A stretch of DNA of 64,000 nucleotides from an uncultured Planctomycetaceae bacterium (GTDB taxonomy: Bacteria > Planctomycetota > Planctomycetia > Pirellulales > PALSA-1355), in assembly GCA_963785305.1 (NCBI GenBank), contig CAWAUV010000005.1:288001-352000 (forward strand). Direction: 5' to 3'. Position 1 is the first letter of the stretch, and the number at the start of each line of letters is the position of its first letter. Positions 44,161 to 55,412 of the stretch are shown piece by piece. The notes under the pieces are model-generated. The model was not told the origin of the DNA, ran no database searches, and was given only the letters and a program-made list of their open reading frames with translations. The translations under genes were made by a program, and so were the position numbers.

Positions 44161-45332
44161 TCACATGCGGCTTTGCCTTCGATATCGGGCCGGAGTAATG
44201 CCCAACATCGCCTTAAACACGGCGCCCATGTATTCTTGATGCCGAAAGCCGGCGCGTTCGGCCACGGTCGCCAGCGACACGTCGCTCGTGGCGAGCAACC
44301 GCTGGGCTTCAGCCAGCCGCACGCGCACGATTTCATCATGCACGCTGCGCCCGATCGTTTCCTGAAACCGCCGATGGAGCGTGCTCCGCGAGGAATCGCA
44401 AATGGCGAGCACCTCGGCCACGCCGATGCCGCGGCACGCGTTTTCGTTGATGAATTTCGCCGCCGCCGACACGATCGGGTCATCCACCGCCAAGCTTTCG
44501 GTCGATTGGCGAATCACGATACCCTTCGGTTCCGTCAAGAGCGGCTCATGGGCGCGGGCTCGCCGCGCATCATGCGGTCGAGCAGCGCGGCGGCTTCGTA
44601 ACCCACTCGCTTCAAGTCGCCATAGACGCTGGTGAGCGGAGGATCGCACAACTCGCAGATCGGTTCATCGTTGTCGACTCCGATCACGGCCACTTCGTCG
44701 GGCGCCAAAATGCCCACTCGGCGACACGCTTCGAGCACAAGCTGCCCGCGAGGATCGTTGCAGGCCATCACTCCGGCTGGCTTGGGCAGCCCGCGGAGCC
44801 ACTGGGCGAGGCGATCTTGCTGCTGTTCCCACGAAGCGCGGGTCGTGGACTTTCGCGGCAAGAGATACACGCTCACGTCGCCGCCCGCCGCCGTAACCCG
44901 GCGCACGAAGGCAGCCGAGCGGCGATCGGACCAATTCACGCTCCGCACGCCGCAAAATCCGAAATGCCGGAATCCACGCTCGATCAAATGTTCCGCCGCC
45001 ATGATCGCAATGGCTTCGTCCTTCACATGCACCAGCGGAATCTTCGGATGTGGCGCCACGCCGAGCACATCCACCGCCGGCAAACCGGTGGCGGCCACGG
45101 CCTCCGAAACGCTCTCGTCTTGCAAGCGGGCAATGATGCCATCGCCCTGCCAGTCCTTGAGCCAGGGCGGTGGGCCCGCTTCCAGACCACGCGGTTCTTG
45201 AAAGATCGACCAGGGCCCATGTTCGCGCACATAACGGGCAATGCCTAGCAAGACATCGCGGCCCGAGGCGAGCGAAGTCTCGACCAACAGCGCGATATGC
45301 GGTTGTTTTCCACGACGGCTCGAACGCTTCAT
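44161..45332 (-). CDS. XylR-type regulator (LacI-like sensor + AraC HTH), frameshift ~44551
   Basis: MACNDPRG, VAVIGVDND, DPPLTSV, RQST, SRSTLHRRF, GITPARYR. Confidence 0.9.
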
Positions 45333-45800
45333 GGTTCGCGGCTTCCTCCTTGGAGTCGCCCTCGGCGCGGGCAATCGATCCACCAGCCCGCGAGAGCAGA
45401 ATTTCGTGATGGGATGCGTGGCCTTAATATAACGTTCGTGAGCGATTTGTGTGGATACAAATCTACAAAATCTTCGGCGAAGACCATACACGCCTTTTGG
45501 CCGGGGCGGCGGCCCGAAAGCGCTCGCCGCATGGCGCCATTTGTCGAGCGAGGCGGGCACTGGCGCCGGGCGAGCTCGCCCGACCGCAAGCGGCAACCCG
45601 CATCCTCGCATTCTCTCGCCCCCCGCCGCCGCCGGCCCGTCGACGCTTCAAGATTGACGCCTCAAGATTGACGCGAGGCCCCGCGAGGCCGAGAATGAAA
45701 AGGTTCGCGGGTCCACGATCGACTTCGAAGAAGCCGAGACGCCGGTTCCCGCGGCAGGTGGCGTGAACTTCCCTCGAGGAGCGAGAGCGAGGCCAGCATT

Positions 45801-47255
45801 ATGCACATGGACCATTCGGGCTCGCGCGGCGGGGCGACGCGGCCATCTCTCGGGTCGGCCGCGAATCGCCGTTGCGCGCGAAGATCGCGCTGTCACTCGC
45901 TGCTGAACTTTCCGAGTCGGTTGCTGGCCGCCTTGGTGGCGGCGATGCTTGCGATCGGCATTGTCTCGAGCGCCCTGGCCGTCGAAGAGCCCGACGCCGA
46001 CACCGTGGCTCGCAAGAAGTTGCAGCAGCAGCTCATGAGTCGCAAGGCGCCCGAGCGGCTCGAGGCGCTCGAACGTCTGCGAAATTTTCCGAGCGCCGAC
46101 ATGGCCAAGCTGGTCGTGACGCGCGGGCTCAAGGATCGCGACGAGCAGGTGCGCCGCGCGGCCGAAGACACACTGATGTCGGCCAAGAACAACGACGAGG
46201 TATGCGAATTTCTGGTCGAGATGCTGGGCAAGGAGGGGCGCCGCAAAGGCGGGCTCGAACCGCTGTATCCGGTGTTTCACGTGCTCTTGGCCTCCGACTC
46301 GCCCGATGCCGAGGAAGGTCTGTTTCACTACTTCGAAAAGAGCGCCGCCACCGGGCCCAACGCCATCGTCGCGATGTCGGAAATGGCCGAGGAACTTGGC
46401 AAAAAGGCGCTGCCGGCGGAATTCGTGCAGCTCGAGCGAATCGCGCGCTCGAAATCCTATGACAAAGAGTTTGGTCTTCAGCGCACCGTGATTCGCGCCG
46501 CCACGCGCTACACCACGAAACCGGCCGTGGCGTTTTTATTCAGCCAACTCGAAAAGCAAAAGGGCGAGCTGCGCGGCGACATCATTGAATATCTGGGCCA
46601 ACTCACCGGCGAGCAGTTCGGTCTCAACACCGCGGCCTGGCAGCGCTGGTGGCAGGAACACGAAAAGACCTTCGAGTATCCGGCTCGCCCGGCGCCGCCC
46701 TTGATTCGCAATGTGGTCGCGGGCAACACACCGGGCTCGTACTACGGAATTCCGCTCTATGCCCAGCGCATGGTGTTCGTGCTCGACACATCGGCCAGCA
46801 TGCGCGGACCGCGCATCGTGGCGGCGAAGCGAGATTTGACTAAAGCCGTCGACGAGCTCGACGACAACGCATACTTCGGCTTGATCGCGTTCAACGCTGG
46901 CGTCTACACTTGGCAAAAGTCGCTCGTGCAAGCCACGGCCAAGAACAAGAAAGCGGCCGAATACTGGATTCTCAATCAGGAACTCGGACTGCGCACCGCT
47001 TCCTACGACGCGCTCGAGGCGGCCCTGCATTTCGACGCCGAAGCGATCTACTTTCTCACCGATGGCGCTCCGGTCGGCGGCCGGATCGATGACCCGGCGC
47101 AGATCGTGCAAGCGATCGGACTCTTGAACCGGGTGCGGCGCGAGTCGATCTATTCCATCGGCATCGGCCTCGGCCCGCCGGGCAATGGCCCGGAAATGTT
47201 CCTCAAAACCCTCTCGGCCGAGAACTACGGCATCTACCGCCGCGTGGACGAATAG
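45801..47255 (+). CDS. HEAT-repeat + von Willebrand factor A domain protein
   Basis: VFVLDTSASM, YFLTDG MIDAS motifs; hydrophobic signal-like segment; start probably downstream of 45801. Confidence 0.85.
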   Translation: MHMDHSGSRGGATRPSLGSAANRRCARRSRCHSLLNFPSRLLAALVAAMLAIGIVSSALAVEEPDADTVARKKLQQQLMSRKAPERLEALERLRNFPSADMAKLVVTRGLKDRDEQVRRAAEDTLMSAKNNDEVCEFLVEMLGKEGRRKGGLEPLYPVFHVLLASDSPDAEEGLFHYFEKSAATGPNAIVAMSEMAEELGKKALPAEFVQLERIARSKSYDKEFGLQRTVIRAATRYTTKPAVAFLFSQLEKQKGELRGDIIEYLGQLTGEQFGLNTAAWQRWWQEHEKTFEYPARPAPPLIRNVVAGNTPGSYYGIPLYAQRMVFVLDTSASMRGPRIVAAKRDLTKAVDELDDNAYFGLIAFNAGVYTWQKSLVQATAKNKKAAEYWILNQELGLRTASYDALEAALHFDAEAIYFLTDGAPVGGRIDDPAQIVQAIGLLNRVRRESIYSIGIGLGPPGNGPEMFLKTLSAENYGIYRRVDE

Positions 47256-47443
47256 CCGGCCGCGAGCCAGTTCTCTCCCAACGACGGGATAAAAAGCGGT
47301 CGATATCGGCCGGCATTCCCCGCCCCGTTCCGCCAGGGCCGCGACTCGGAAGAAACGCTCGTCCGCGGCTGGGAACGCGCGGTTGCGATCGTGGCGAGCC
47401 GCAATTGCGAGGCCGATCGAACCTCGGCCCGTGCTCGGCCTGT

Positions 47444-48548
47444 TGTCAACCATTAGAAATGTCCCCGTTGGTTAAAGGGTTGAGGGGGTTTTTGGAAAAG
47501 GAAAAATTGGCTGCTATCACTCCGGCTCGCTAGCGCTCGCCTCCGTGATAGCAGCCAATTTTCGCGGCCGGGGGTCGTCATCCGGTGGCGACAAGATCGG
47601 GCTCTTGGAAGGTCGTGGGAGCGCGTTTCCGGCCCCGCCAAGGGTGGTTGGCGGCTGGGCGTTGGCCTTGGCTCGAACCGGTCGGCCCGGTCCGTTGCGG
47701 ACGCTTGCGCGGCGCCGGCGGACGAACGTCAGCCGCTGTCCAAGTCCACTCGCGGCCGCCCGAGAAAATCCGCAGCCGCCCATCGGGCTGTTGGCACACC
47801 TCCACTTTCTGGCCGGGCTGGACGAAAGGCGCCGACTCGGCGGGCAATTGCAAGAAACGGTTTCGCCAACGCATCGTCCAGTCGAACTGCACCGTGCGCA
47901 GTTCGCCGCCGAGAGAACCCGATCGAGATCCACGCCCGCCGGCAGCGGCCGATGGGCGTCGCTGGGATCAGCCGCCGATCTGCCGAACTGCGTATTGAAC
48001 TCGCCCAGGAACGTCTCTTCCAAGAACGCATTGGCGCTCGTCAGGTCGCTGATTCCGAATCGCCGCAAGGCCTTGACCAGCCGATCTTGCAACGTGCGGT
48101 TGACCCGCTCGACGCGACCTTTGGCCTGGGGGCTGCGGGCCAGGATCAGTTCCACGTCCAGCTCGCGCATGGCCCGGCCGAACTGCGTTTCAGGCCGCTT
48201 TCCGCGGGCCAGCTCCTCCGCCGTCGGCTCGCGATCCGCACGATAAATGCTAGCCTGATCGACGTACAATCCCGCTGGCAAGCCGTGTCGGCGGACGTAA
48301 CGGCCAAACGTTTCTTGTGCCGCCTCCAACGTCTCGGCTTCGAAGAACCGGGCGTAAATCGCGCCCGTCGCGTCGTCGATGATGACCATCAGCACGGCCC
48401 AGCCGCGGCGTCCCTCGAACCAGTCGTGATGCGAGCCGTCCATCTGCTCCAAGTCGCCAAGCCGCGGACGCCGCGGTCGGCGGCGGCGGTGCTTGGCCCG
48501 CCGTCGCTCCCGGGTCCACAGTCCCGCCGCAAGCAACCACAAGAAGCG
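47444..48548 (-). mobile_element. ISNCY (IS1202/IS481-like) remnant, 5'-truncated
   Basis: QMDGSHHDWFEGR, IDDATG, YVDQASIY, SPQAKGRVER; right end ...GGGGACATTTCTAATGGTTGACA. Confidence 0.85.
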
Positions 48549-48632
48549 ACGCATTGCGATCGAAAGCAAGGATCGCGCGAGAGCCTCTGATGCCTGCCGC
48601 TGACAACCTGTTGAATATTTCAACAGGCCGCT

Positions 48633-49730
48633 CTAACCGCGGCCGGAGCGGCAGCAATTTTGTGGGCATGCATCGTGGCTCGCGCCGAGAGGTCCGAGAG
48701 CCGGGCGCTCTTCGCCGGGCGTCATGCGTTCGACGATCAACTCACGAATCATGCGCACCAAGCACGCATGCGTGCCCACGGTCGCGGCGCGAATCATGCG
48801 TAGGCCCAGCGAGGCGGCGGTTTGCTGGGCCTCGGTGTCCAGGTCGTAGAGCACTTCCATGTGGTCGGAGAGAAAACCGATCGGCGCCACGACCACGTTT
48901 CGCGAGCGCCCTTGGGTGGCAATTTCGCGCAGCCGGTCGCCAATATCGGGCTCGAGCCACGGCTGCGCGGGCGAACCGCTCCGGCTTTGATAGGCCAGTG
49001 ACGCGTGTTTGTGGCCGAGCGCCTCGCTTACCAGCCGCGCGGTCTCCGTGAGTTGGGCCACATAGCGGCATTGATCGGCCATCGCCCGCGGGATGCTGTG
49101 CGCCGTGTACACGATCTCGGCCGCCGAGCGCTCTTGCGGCGCAATGGCGCCAAGGGCTTCGGCAATCCGGTCGACGCAGGCTTCGATAAACAGAGGGTGA
49201 TTGAAAAACGACCGCAACTTATCCACCGCCGGCGCCTGGGGCCCGACCTGCCGCTGGGCGTCGGCAATGTTTTCGCGGTATTGCCGGCAGCCGGAATAGG
49301 AACTGTATGCCGAGGTAAAATAGGCGATCGCGCGGCGCTTGCCATCGCGCGCGATTTGCTCGAGCGCGTCGGGCAAGAAAGGCCCCCAATTGCGATTGCC
49401 CCAATAAATGGGCAGCTTGGGTCCATGCTCGGCCAGTTCGCGCTCGAGCGCCGCGATCAGTTCGCGATTTTGCTGATTCAGCGGGCTCACGCCGCCAAAA
49501 TGCTGGTAATGCTCGGCGACTTCGAGCAGCCGCTCGCGCGGAACCGGCTTGCCGCGGAGCACGTTTTCGAGAAACGGCAGTACTTCATCGGGCCCCTCGG
49601 GCCCGCCAAACGACACGACCAGCACGGCGTCGTAAGGCGCGTCGAGCGGCGCCCCTTCGGCGAGCTCGGGCTCGGCGCCGGCCTCCGCGGCCAATGACCC
49701 CCGACCGGCGATCGGCTCTAAATTGGGCAT
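48633..49730 (-). CDS. hemH: Ferrochelatase
   Basis: SFGGPE, GGVSPL, YTAHSIP, YQSRSG, WLEPD, PIGFLSDHMEVLYDLD. Confidence 0.95.
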   Translation of the reverse strand: MPNLEPIAGRGSLAAEAGAEPELAEGAPLDAPYDAVLVVSFGGPEGPDEVLPFLENVLRGKPVPRERLLEVAEHYQHFGGVSPLNQQNRELIAALERELAEHGPKLPIYWGNRNWGPFLPDALEQIARDGKRRAIAYFTSAYSSYSGCRQYRENIADAQRQVGPQAPAVDKLRSFFNHPLFIEACVDRIAEALGAIAPQERSAAEIVYTAHSIPRAMADQCRYVAQLTETARLVSEALGHKHASLAYQSRSGSPAQPWLEPDIGDRLREIATQGRSRNVVVAPIGFLSDHMEVLYDLDTEAQQTAASLGLRMIRAATVGTHACLVRMIRELIVERMTPGEERPALGPLGASHDACPQNCCRSGRG

Positions 49731-49753
49731 CAGGCGCCAAAAATGTAAAAAAA

Positions 49754-49828
49754 TGACCCCGACGGGATTTGAACCCGTGTTATCGGCGTGAAAGGCCGGT
49801 GTCCTAGACCGGGCTAGACGACGGGGCC
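49754..49828 (-). tRNA. tRNA-Glu(TTC), CCA not encoded
   Basis: GGCCCCGTCGTCTAGCCCGGTCTAGGACACCGGCCTTTCACGCCGATAACACGGGTTCAAATCCCGTCGGGGTCA cloverleaf. Confidence 0.96.
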
Positions 49829-50143
49829 AAGGCAAATCGCTTGCGCTCGGTGCATGCGGTGAGCGCAACGCAAGGTTATATACTGGCCAGCGAACCGATT
49901 CGTCAAGGGGCCGATCGCATCGTAAACGCGAATTCGATGTTCGAACCGCGGCGCGGGATCAACGCGGCGCCGCGAAAAACACGAACCCGCGGGCAGAAAT
50001 CGGACGGGCTCCAACGGCGGGCGGGATCGTCGGCGGGACGGGCGGGAGCGGGGTGCTCAATCGTCGGGGGCGGGAGGGAACGGGCGGGTAAATCCGTGGA
50101 CGCAAACTTCCACCAACAGAGCCGAGATCAGCCTCGGCCTCGA

Positions 50144-50392
50144 CTACGACTTCGGTCCATGGGCCCCGTTCGACTGCGAATCCGCCGCGTCGCGATCCGT
50201 GGCCGAAAGCTTTCGACTGCCTTCGATTTCGCCACGCTGGATCGCTTCGTAGACTTCGCGCCGATGCACGGGCACTTCCCGGGGCGCTTCGACCCCCAGG
50301 CGAACTTTGTCGCCCTTGATCTCGACCACGACGATCGTGATCTCATTGTTGATGATGATGCTTTCGTTCTTCTTTCGCGAGAGCACTAACAT
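50144..50392 (-). CDS. csrA: Carbon storage regulator
   Basis: [14 protein letters not shown]...[19 protein letters not shown]. Confidence 0.97.
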   Translation of the reverse strand: MLVLSRKKNESIIINNEITIVVVEIKGDKVRLGVEAPREVPVHRREVYEAIQRGEIEGSRKLSATDRDAADSQSNGAHGPKS

Positions 50393-51517
50393 AGCTATTC
50401 CTTCGCTTGTTGGCGGGGCGCGCTTCGTGCAAACCCACGCTTGGCCTTGGCGAGCTTCAACTCGCCCTAACGCGATCCTGTTGTCCGGCTCGCTGACATC
50501 GCCCGAAGCGATACGATGCCGCCGGAACCACGTGCGACACTCAAGTTCGAGAAAAAACGTCGACGCGGCTCGCGATGCGTGATCGCGACAACGTCAATGT
50601 TGCTCGACCCCCTTTTCTTCCCATCGAAATTTTGTCACATTAAACGCCAGCGACTCATGAACGCTTGGCGTCGATCCTTTGTCCCGTTGATCTCTTGTTC
50701 TCTGTTAGCTCGATCGCATTGGGAGCCCCCATCGTTCAAAGACCCGTCGTTCGAAGACTCCTCGTTCTTCGGCGCCTCGCGAGCGAGACACTTGTTGCAA
50801 CAGACGAATGCGACCTTCACTTCATCAACAACGCCGTCACTTCAACAACGTCGAGCGAGTTCGACGCCGACCGCGACTCAGGTTTTAGGGCGATCAAGGC
50901 CCTTTGCCACGAAACATCTGTTTCGATCGCAAAGCGTTGAACCAATCCCTTGCCGACGTGATTCCTCACGGCCGACAAGTTGGTGCGAAGCCTTTTGAAT
51001 TCCGCTAACGGTCGCGACTCAAAATCAAATCGCAATTGCACTTTCCACCATTTACTCTACGTGCGTTGGCGCCCTAGTCAAGGTTTGCAAGAGCGTTCTT
51101 GGCCCGATTTGTGCGGAATTCTCTACGTGCCGGGGGCAAAATAAGTGCCGGGCTTCACTTTTTAGGTTGATTTTCCCGCACAAAACCGCGATTTTCATGC
51201 CCGCAATCCAAAAGCCCGCAATCCCCCCATTCGCGCCCATCAACCACGAAAATTGCGGGTTGGCGACGGGCGAAATCTCCATCCGGGGGGGGCGGCCGAT
51301 TCGATTCACTCTTTATTTGTAATTATTTTGCTTGGCGTCCTAGCGCCATGATCCCCTCGTGGCAGGCTCGGGCAGAATTCGTTTTGTCTTTTTTTTATGT
51401 CCCCTGTCTTTTGCGCTCATGCTTTTACGTTACTAAGTACGCGGCGATGCATTGCTGACAATCGGCCAGCGACCGCGCTGCGTTATCCGCGCTTCGACTT
51501 GCGAAAGGCCGAGGACC

Positions 51518-52483
51518 ATGAACATCAGACTCGCTTGGCGCCTAGCGGCGCTCTTGACGATCGGCGCCCCGTTGGCCGGCTTGGCTCAAGGGCCCCGAGG
51601 CGGCGGCCGTAGCGGCGGGGGCGGGGGCGGCGGTTGCCAACAGGGCGGCGGCGGGGCCATGTCGTCGCAAGGCATGATGTCGTCGCAAGGCATGATGCTT
51701 CAAGCCGCTACGCAATTTGCTAGCAGTCGCCAGCAGTTGGCGGAAGCCGAAAGCGCGATCTCCTCGGCCGAGAGTCAAATCGCGGCGTCCAACGAACGAA
51801 TCGATGGCGCCCGGCGGTCGCTCGACGAAGCGAAGTCGCGGCTCAAGGAATCGATCCAAGCGCAAAAGAATGTCGAGTCAAGCATTATCGATTCGCAAGC
51901 GTCGGACTCGGCCTACGCTCGCGCTCTAGCCGATTTCCAAGCCGCCCAACAGGCATGGCAAGTCGCGCAAAGCGCGGTGCTTGAGAGCGAGAGTTATCAG
52001 TCGGCCCGCACTCTGGCGGCCAAGAGCGACAACCCTGGCTCGGCCTTGGCCAAGCTGCAGCGAGACGCGTTCGCGGAAAATCCGAGCTCGGCCGCGGCCA
52101 GCGACCGACTCCAAAAGTCGCAAACGAAACTCAATCGGGCGAAGGTCGCCCTATTGAAGTCGAGCGACGAATGGGTTTCGGCCGCGGAAGCGGTAAAAGC
52201 CGCCTCGTCCGACGAGAGTAAGGCGACTGGCGTCGTGCGCCGAGGCGCCCTGAGTCGGCTGCCCGCCCAGCGAGAGCTTCGCGAGGCCCAAGCCGAAGCC
52301 GAATCGGCTCGAACCAGCATGAACGCCGCACAAGTCGCGATGCGTTCGCTCGCCGGACCCGGCATGGGAATGGGCATGATGGGCCCTCCGGGCGGCGGAC
52401 CGCCAGGCATGGGTGGCCCCAATGGCCAGAACACGCCCGGCCAACGAATGCCCCCACCACCGCCGCCCCCGAATGCCAATTAA
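51518..52483 (+). CDS. Secreted coiled-coil hypothetical protein with Gly/Pro-rich ends
   Basis: GAGG RBS, signal peptide, Ala/Ser/Gln heptads. Confidence 0.7.
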   Translation: MNIRLAWRLAALLTIGAPLAGLAQGPRGGGRSGGGGGGGCQQGGGGAMSSQGMMSSQGMMLQAATQFASSRQQLAEAESAISSAESQIAASNERIDGARRSLDEAKSRLKESIQAQKNVESSIIDSQASDSAYARALADFQAAQQAWQVAQSAVLESESYQSARTLAAKSDNPGSALAKLQRDAFAENPSSAAASDRLQKSQTKLNRAKVALLKSSDEWVSAAEAVKAASSDESKATGVVRRGALSRLPAQRELREAQAEAESARTSMNAAQVAMRSLAGPGMGMGMMGPPGGGPPGMGGPNGQNTPGQRMPPPPPPPNAN

Positions 52484-52636
52484 TGGGGTGTTAAAAAATG
52501 CGAACGTGGCATTTTTCAACCTCGCCAAGCGCCGAGCAAAGCTCGTCGTGGCTCGCGGAATAACGACTTAGTTCATTATTTTCACACGGCGTCCATGCGG
52601 CGGCTCGGCCTGTTGAATATTTTAATAGGCTGCTAG
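52481..52636. mobile_element. MITE-like element
   Basis: Terminal hairpins GTGTTAAAAAATG...CATTTTTCAAC and CCTGTTGAATATTTTAATAGGCTGCTAG; the latter recurs at 48609-48636. Confidence 0.5.
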
Positions 52637-52962
52637 CGATCTGGCTTTCGCGACTTCCGCTGGCCATTGCGGCCGCTATTTCGTGTTTGCTCTCGATTCG
52701 GCCCGATTCCGATTATCCGCATGGCGCCGGATATTCACTCAATAGCGGCTGTGCGGCCGGTCGATGGGTATTCTGGGGGGAGTCGAATCGCTTTCGAGCG
52801 GCTCGACTGCCAGAGCGCGAATGGCAAATCCCGTCACGCCATTCGCCGGCTCTCCGATCGCGAACCGCTCCTCCCGACTCTCCGCGCAGGTCTCACGGCG
52901 ACCCAATTCCATTCTGCCGTGCGCTGGCGCTTTTGTTTCTTTCAGTAGGGGGGAACTTCGCG

Positions 52963-53319
52963 ATGACTCGACGTGTCATGCTTGCGCTGGCCTTGGCCGG
53001 CGCAATTGTTTGCTTATCTGGCGCCCGACCGGCCTCGGCGCAGCAGCCACGAGGCGTGTCGACGTTTCCCCAGCAAGCCTACGGGCAGCAATGGGGCCAA
53101 ACCTACAGCACGCCGGACTGGAATCGCTTCTACCATTACCCGTATGTCTACTACCCGCAAAACTATTGGAACAAAGACTACTACCGCAGTTCCGATAGCC
53201 TGTATTACCGCTATCCGGCCGAGATGCGGATTCCGGTCTACAACACCCGCTGGCAGAACTATTATCCCGAAGGCCAGCTCTGGCATAGCGGCCATCACTT
53301 CATTCTCGATGTGTTTTGA
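52963..53319 (+). CDS. Small secreted Tyr/Trp-rich protein
   Basis: Signal peptide; DWNRFYHYPYVYYPQN...HSGHHFILDVF. Confidence 0.8.
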   Translation: MTRRVMLALALAGAIVCLSGARPASAQQPRGVSTFPQQAYGQQWGQTYSTPDWNRFYHYPYVYYPQNYWNKDYYRSSDSLYYRYPAEMRIPVYNTRWQNYYPEGQLWHSGHHFILDVF

Positions 53320-53377
53320 GCGGAGCTCGGAGCGCGACCAGCGCGACGGATGACGGGTTGCTGGGTATAATGGCTGG

Positions 53378-55288
53378 ATGGAATATCGCCGCTATTTCCG
53401 CCGCTCGTTTCGCCAATTCGGCCGACTCGCCGCGCTCGGGCCGCTTGTCCGTGGGCCGCTTGTCGGCGGGGCGTTCGCGCTGTGGCTGATCGCGCTCGCG
53501 TCGCCAACGCCCGGGTCGGCGGCGGTGGCGATCTTGCTGAATCGCGCCTCGCGCGACATGTCGTACGCCGGCGCCGACCATGTGCGGCGAGAGTTGCCGG
53601 CCGGGGATGTCGCGCCGCTGGCCTTCGATGGCGACGGCCTGATCGAGTTCCGCTCCGGTTCCGGCGCGCTGACACGGCGGATCGAACCGAATCGCATGTA
53701 TATCTTCGTCGATGCCCTGGGCGGCGTCGAACTGCGCCGCCTCGGCCTCTCGACCGACATCGCCGAGGAAGTCGTATTGCCCGCGGGCGGCCCGGCCAAC
53801 GATCGCAACGACGCGACCCCGGTGGCCAAGACGCCCATTCCGGCCGACACCGCCCGGCGAGTGGTGATTCCGGTCAAGATTTTGGTGGATGAAGACGAAC
53901 CGGCAACGCGCGCGGTTTGGGAAAAACGATTGCGGCGGCGCGTCGCCGCGGCGAGCGTCATCTTGAAGAAGCACTGCTTCGTCGAGCTCGACGTGGTGGC
54001 GGTCGACGAATGGAATTCGCAAAACGGGGTGACCGATTTCGACCAGTCGCTTTCCGAATTCGAGCGCGAGGTCTCGCCCGGCCCGGCGCGGCTGGCGATT
54101 GGCTTTACGAGCCAGCACAAACTCACTCGCGGCCTGACCCATTTGGGCGGCACTCGTGCGCTCTTGCACTCGCATTTGCTCATGCGCGAATGGTCGCAAG
54201 TGGCCTCGGAGCCCGAGCGGCTCGAATTGTTGCTGCACGAGCTGGGGCATTTTCTCGGCGCGGCGCATCGCGCCGAGCCACAATCGGTGATGCGCGGCCT
54301 GCTGGCCGACCGCAAGTCGCTCGCGGCGGCGTTTCACATTCGCTTCGATCCGCTGAATGCGTTGGCGATGAACCTCGTGGCCGATGAACTCCGGCGCAAC
54401 GTGAACCTGCGCCCCGCCGATCTGAGCCTGCCGACGCAATTCGAGCTCTGCAAGCTGTATGCGGAAATCCATCGCTCGCTGCCGGCCGATCCGGCGGCGG
54501 CCCAAATGGAAAACGTGCTCGAGCGAGCGGGACTCATGCCGCGACTTGCCGCCGCGCAGTGGGTTTTGAGGGCCGTGATGATCGCGGCCGAGGAAAACTC
54601 GAAATTGCCGCTGCCCGGCGCCGCGGCCGGCGGTCAACCGGCGCGACGCGAGGGCGACGCGCTCGCGGAGTTTTACATTGCCCGCGCGGCGTTGGCCGCG
54701 CGGCGCGCTCCTCCCAAACTCGCGGCGGCCGGGTTCACGATCGGACTCGCGATTGCGCTCGATCGCTCGACGCTGCTGCGCGGCCATCCGCTGGTCGGCC
54801 CCATGTGCGAACGGGTCGAGCCGCCGCGGGCTCGCGCGCTCCGCCTCGAATTGCTTGGCGAGCCGACCGCGTTTGGCCGGGCCGATCTGCCGCAACATTT
54901 CTTTGTCTCGGCCGGGCTGGCGTCGCTGATTGGGCCACTGGCGGCGGAATCCATCGGCCTTTGGAAGGAGCAGCGCGACGCGAAAACGCCCACCGGCTTC
55001 AGCCTTGTCGACTACGAGACTGATCTCGCGGGGATTGCCCTGGCCGAAGCACTCCGCGAAGGATCGCGATCCCTGCCCGACGTCGATCACCCCTTCGCGT
55101 GGCGGGATTATTTGCCGATGACCGACAATCTTCCCGAGGGACTTGGCGCCGAGCAATTTGCCCAGCGTTATGGCTCGGTGCTCGATCCCCGCTTTCTGCG
55201 AGAACGGCAGCGGCTTCGCCAAGCGATCGACCAGTTGCCGATCTACGCCACGGCCCGTTCCACGAAGTCCAAGTCCGGCGAACGCTGA
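53378..55288 (+). CDS. Metzincin-type zinc metallopeptidase domain protein
   Basis: HELGHFLGAAH (HExxHxxGxxH) followed by SVM Met-turn. Confidence 0.8.
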   Translation: MEYRRYFRRSFRQFGRLAALGPLVRGPLVGGAFALWLIALASPTPGSAAVAILLNRASRDMSYAGADHVRRELPAGDVAPLAFDGDGLIEFRSGSGALTRRIEPNRMYIFVDALGGVELRRLGLSTDIAEEVVLPAGGPANDRNDATPVAKTPIPADTARRVVIPVKILVDEDEPATRAVWEKRLRRRVAAASVILKKHCFVELDVVAVDEWNSQNGVTDFDQSLSEFEREVSPGPARLAIGFTSQHKLTRGLTHLGGTRALLHSHLLMREWSQVASEPERLELLLHELGHFLGAAHRAEPQSVMRGLLADRKSLAAAFHIRFDPLNALAMNLVADELRRNVNLRPADLSLPTQFELCKLYAEIHRSLPADPAAAQMENVLERAGLMPRLAAAQWVLRAVMIAAEENSKLPLPGAAAGGQPARREGDALAEFYIARAALAARRAPPKLAAAGFTIGLAIALDRSTLLRGHPLVGPMCERVEPPRARALRLELLGEPTAFGRADLPQHFFVSAGLASLIGPLAAESIGLWKEQRDAKTPTGFSLVDYETDLAGIALAEALREGSRSLPDVDHPFAWRDYLPMTDNLPEGLGAEQFAQRYGSVLDPRFLRERQRLRQAIDQLPIYATARSTKSKSGER

Positions 55289-55412
55289 ATGGCGGCGAGT
55301 TGCGGCGCGAATTCGGGGCGGTTAAAGTCGAGCGGACTTGGCGAAGCGGCTCGATCGCGCTTCGCCCCTTTGTATTCGCAAGGCAGGTTCAACCCCACTG
55401 GAGCATCTTATC

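Noticed and set aside
49754..49828. tRNA-Glu as an integration site
   Set aside because: No duplicated tRNA 3' end or integrase was seen; hemH follows directly.
51659..51697. 18-bp duplication (MSSQGM) and 15-bp ASPAA repeats near 15970-16020
   Set aside because: In-frame low-complexity linker expansions of no special significance.
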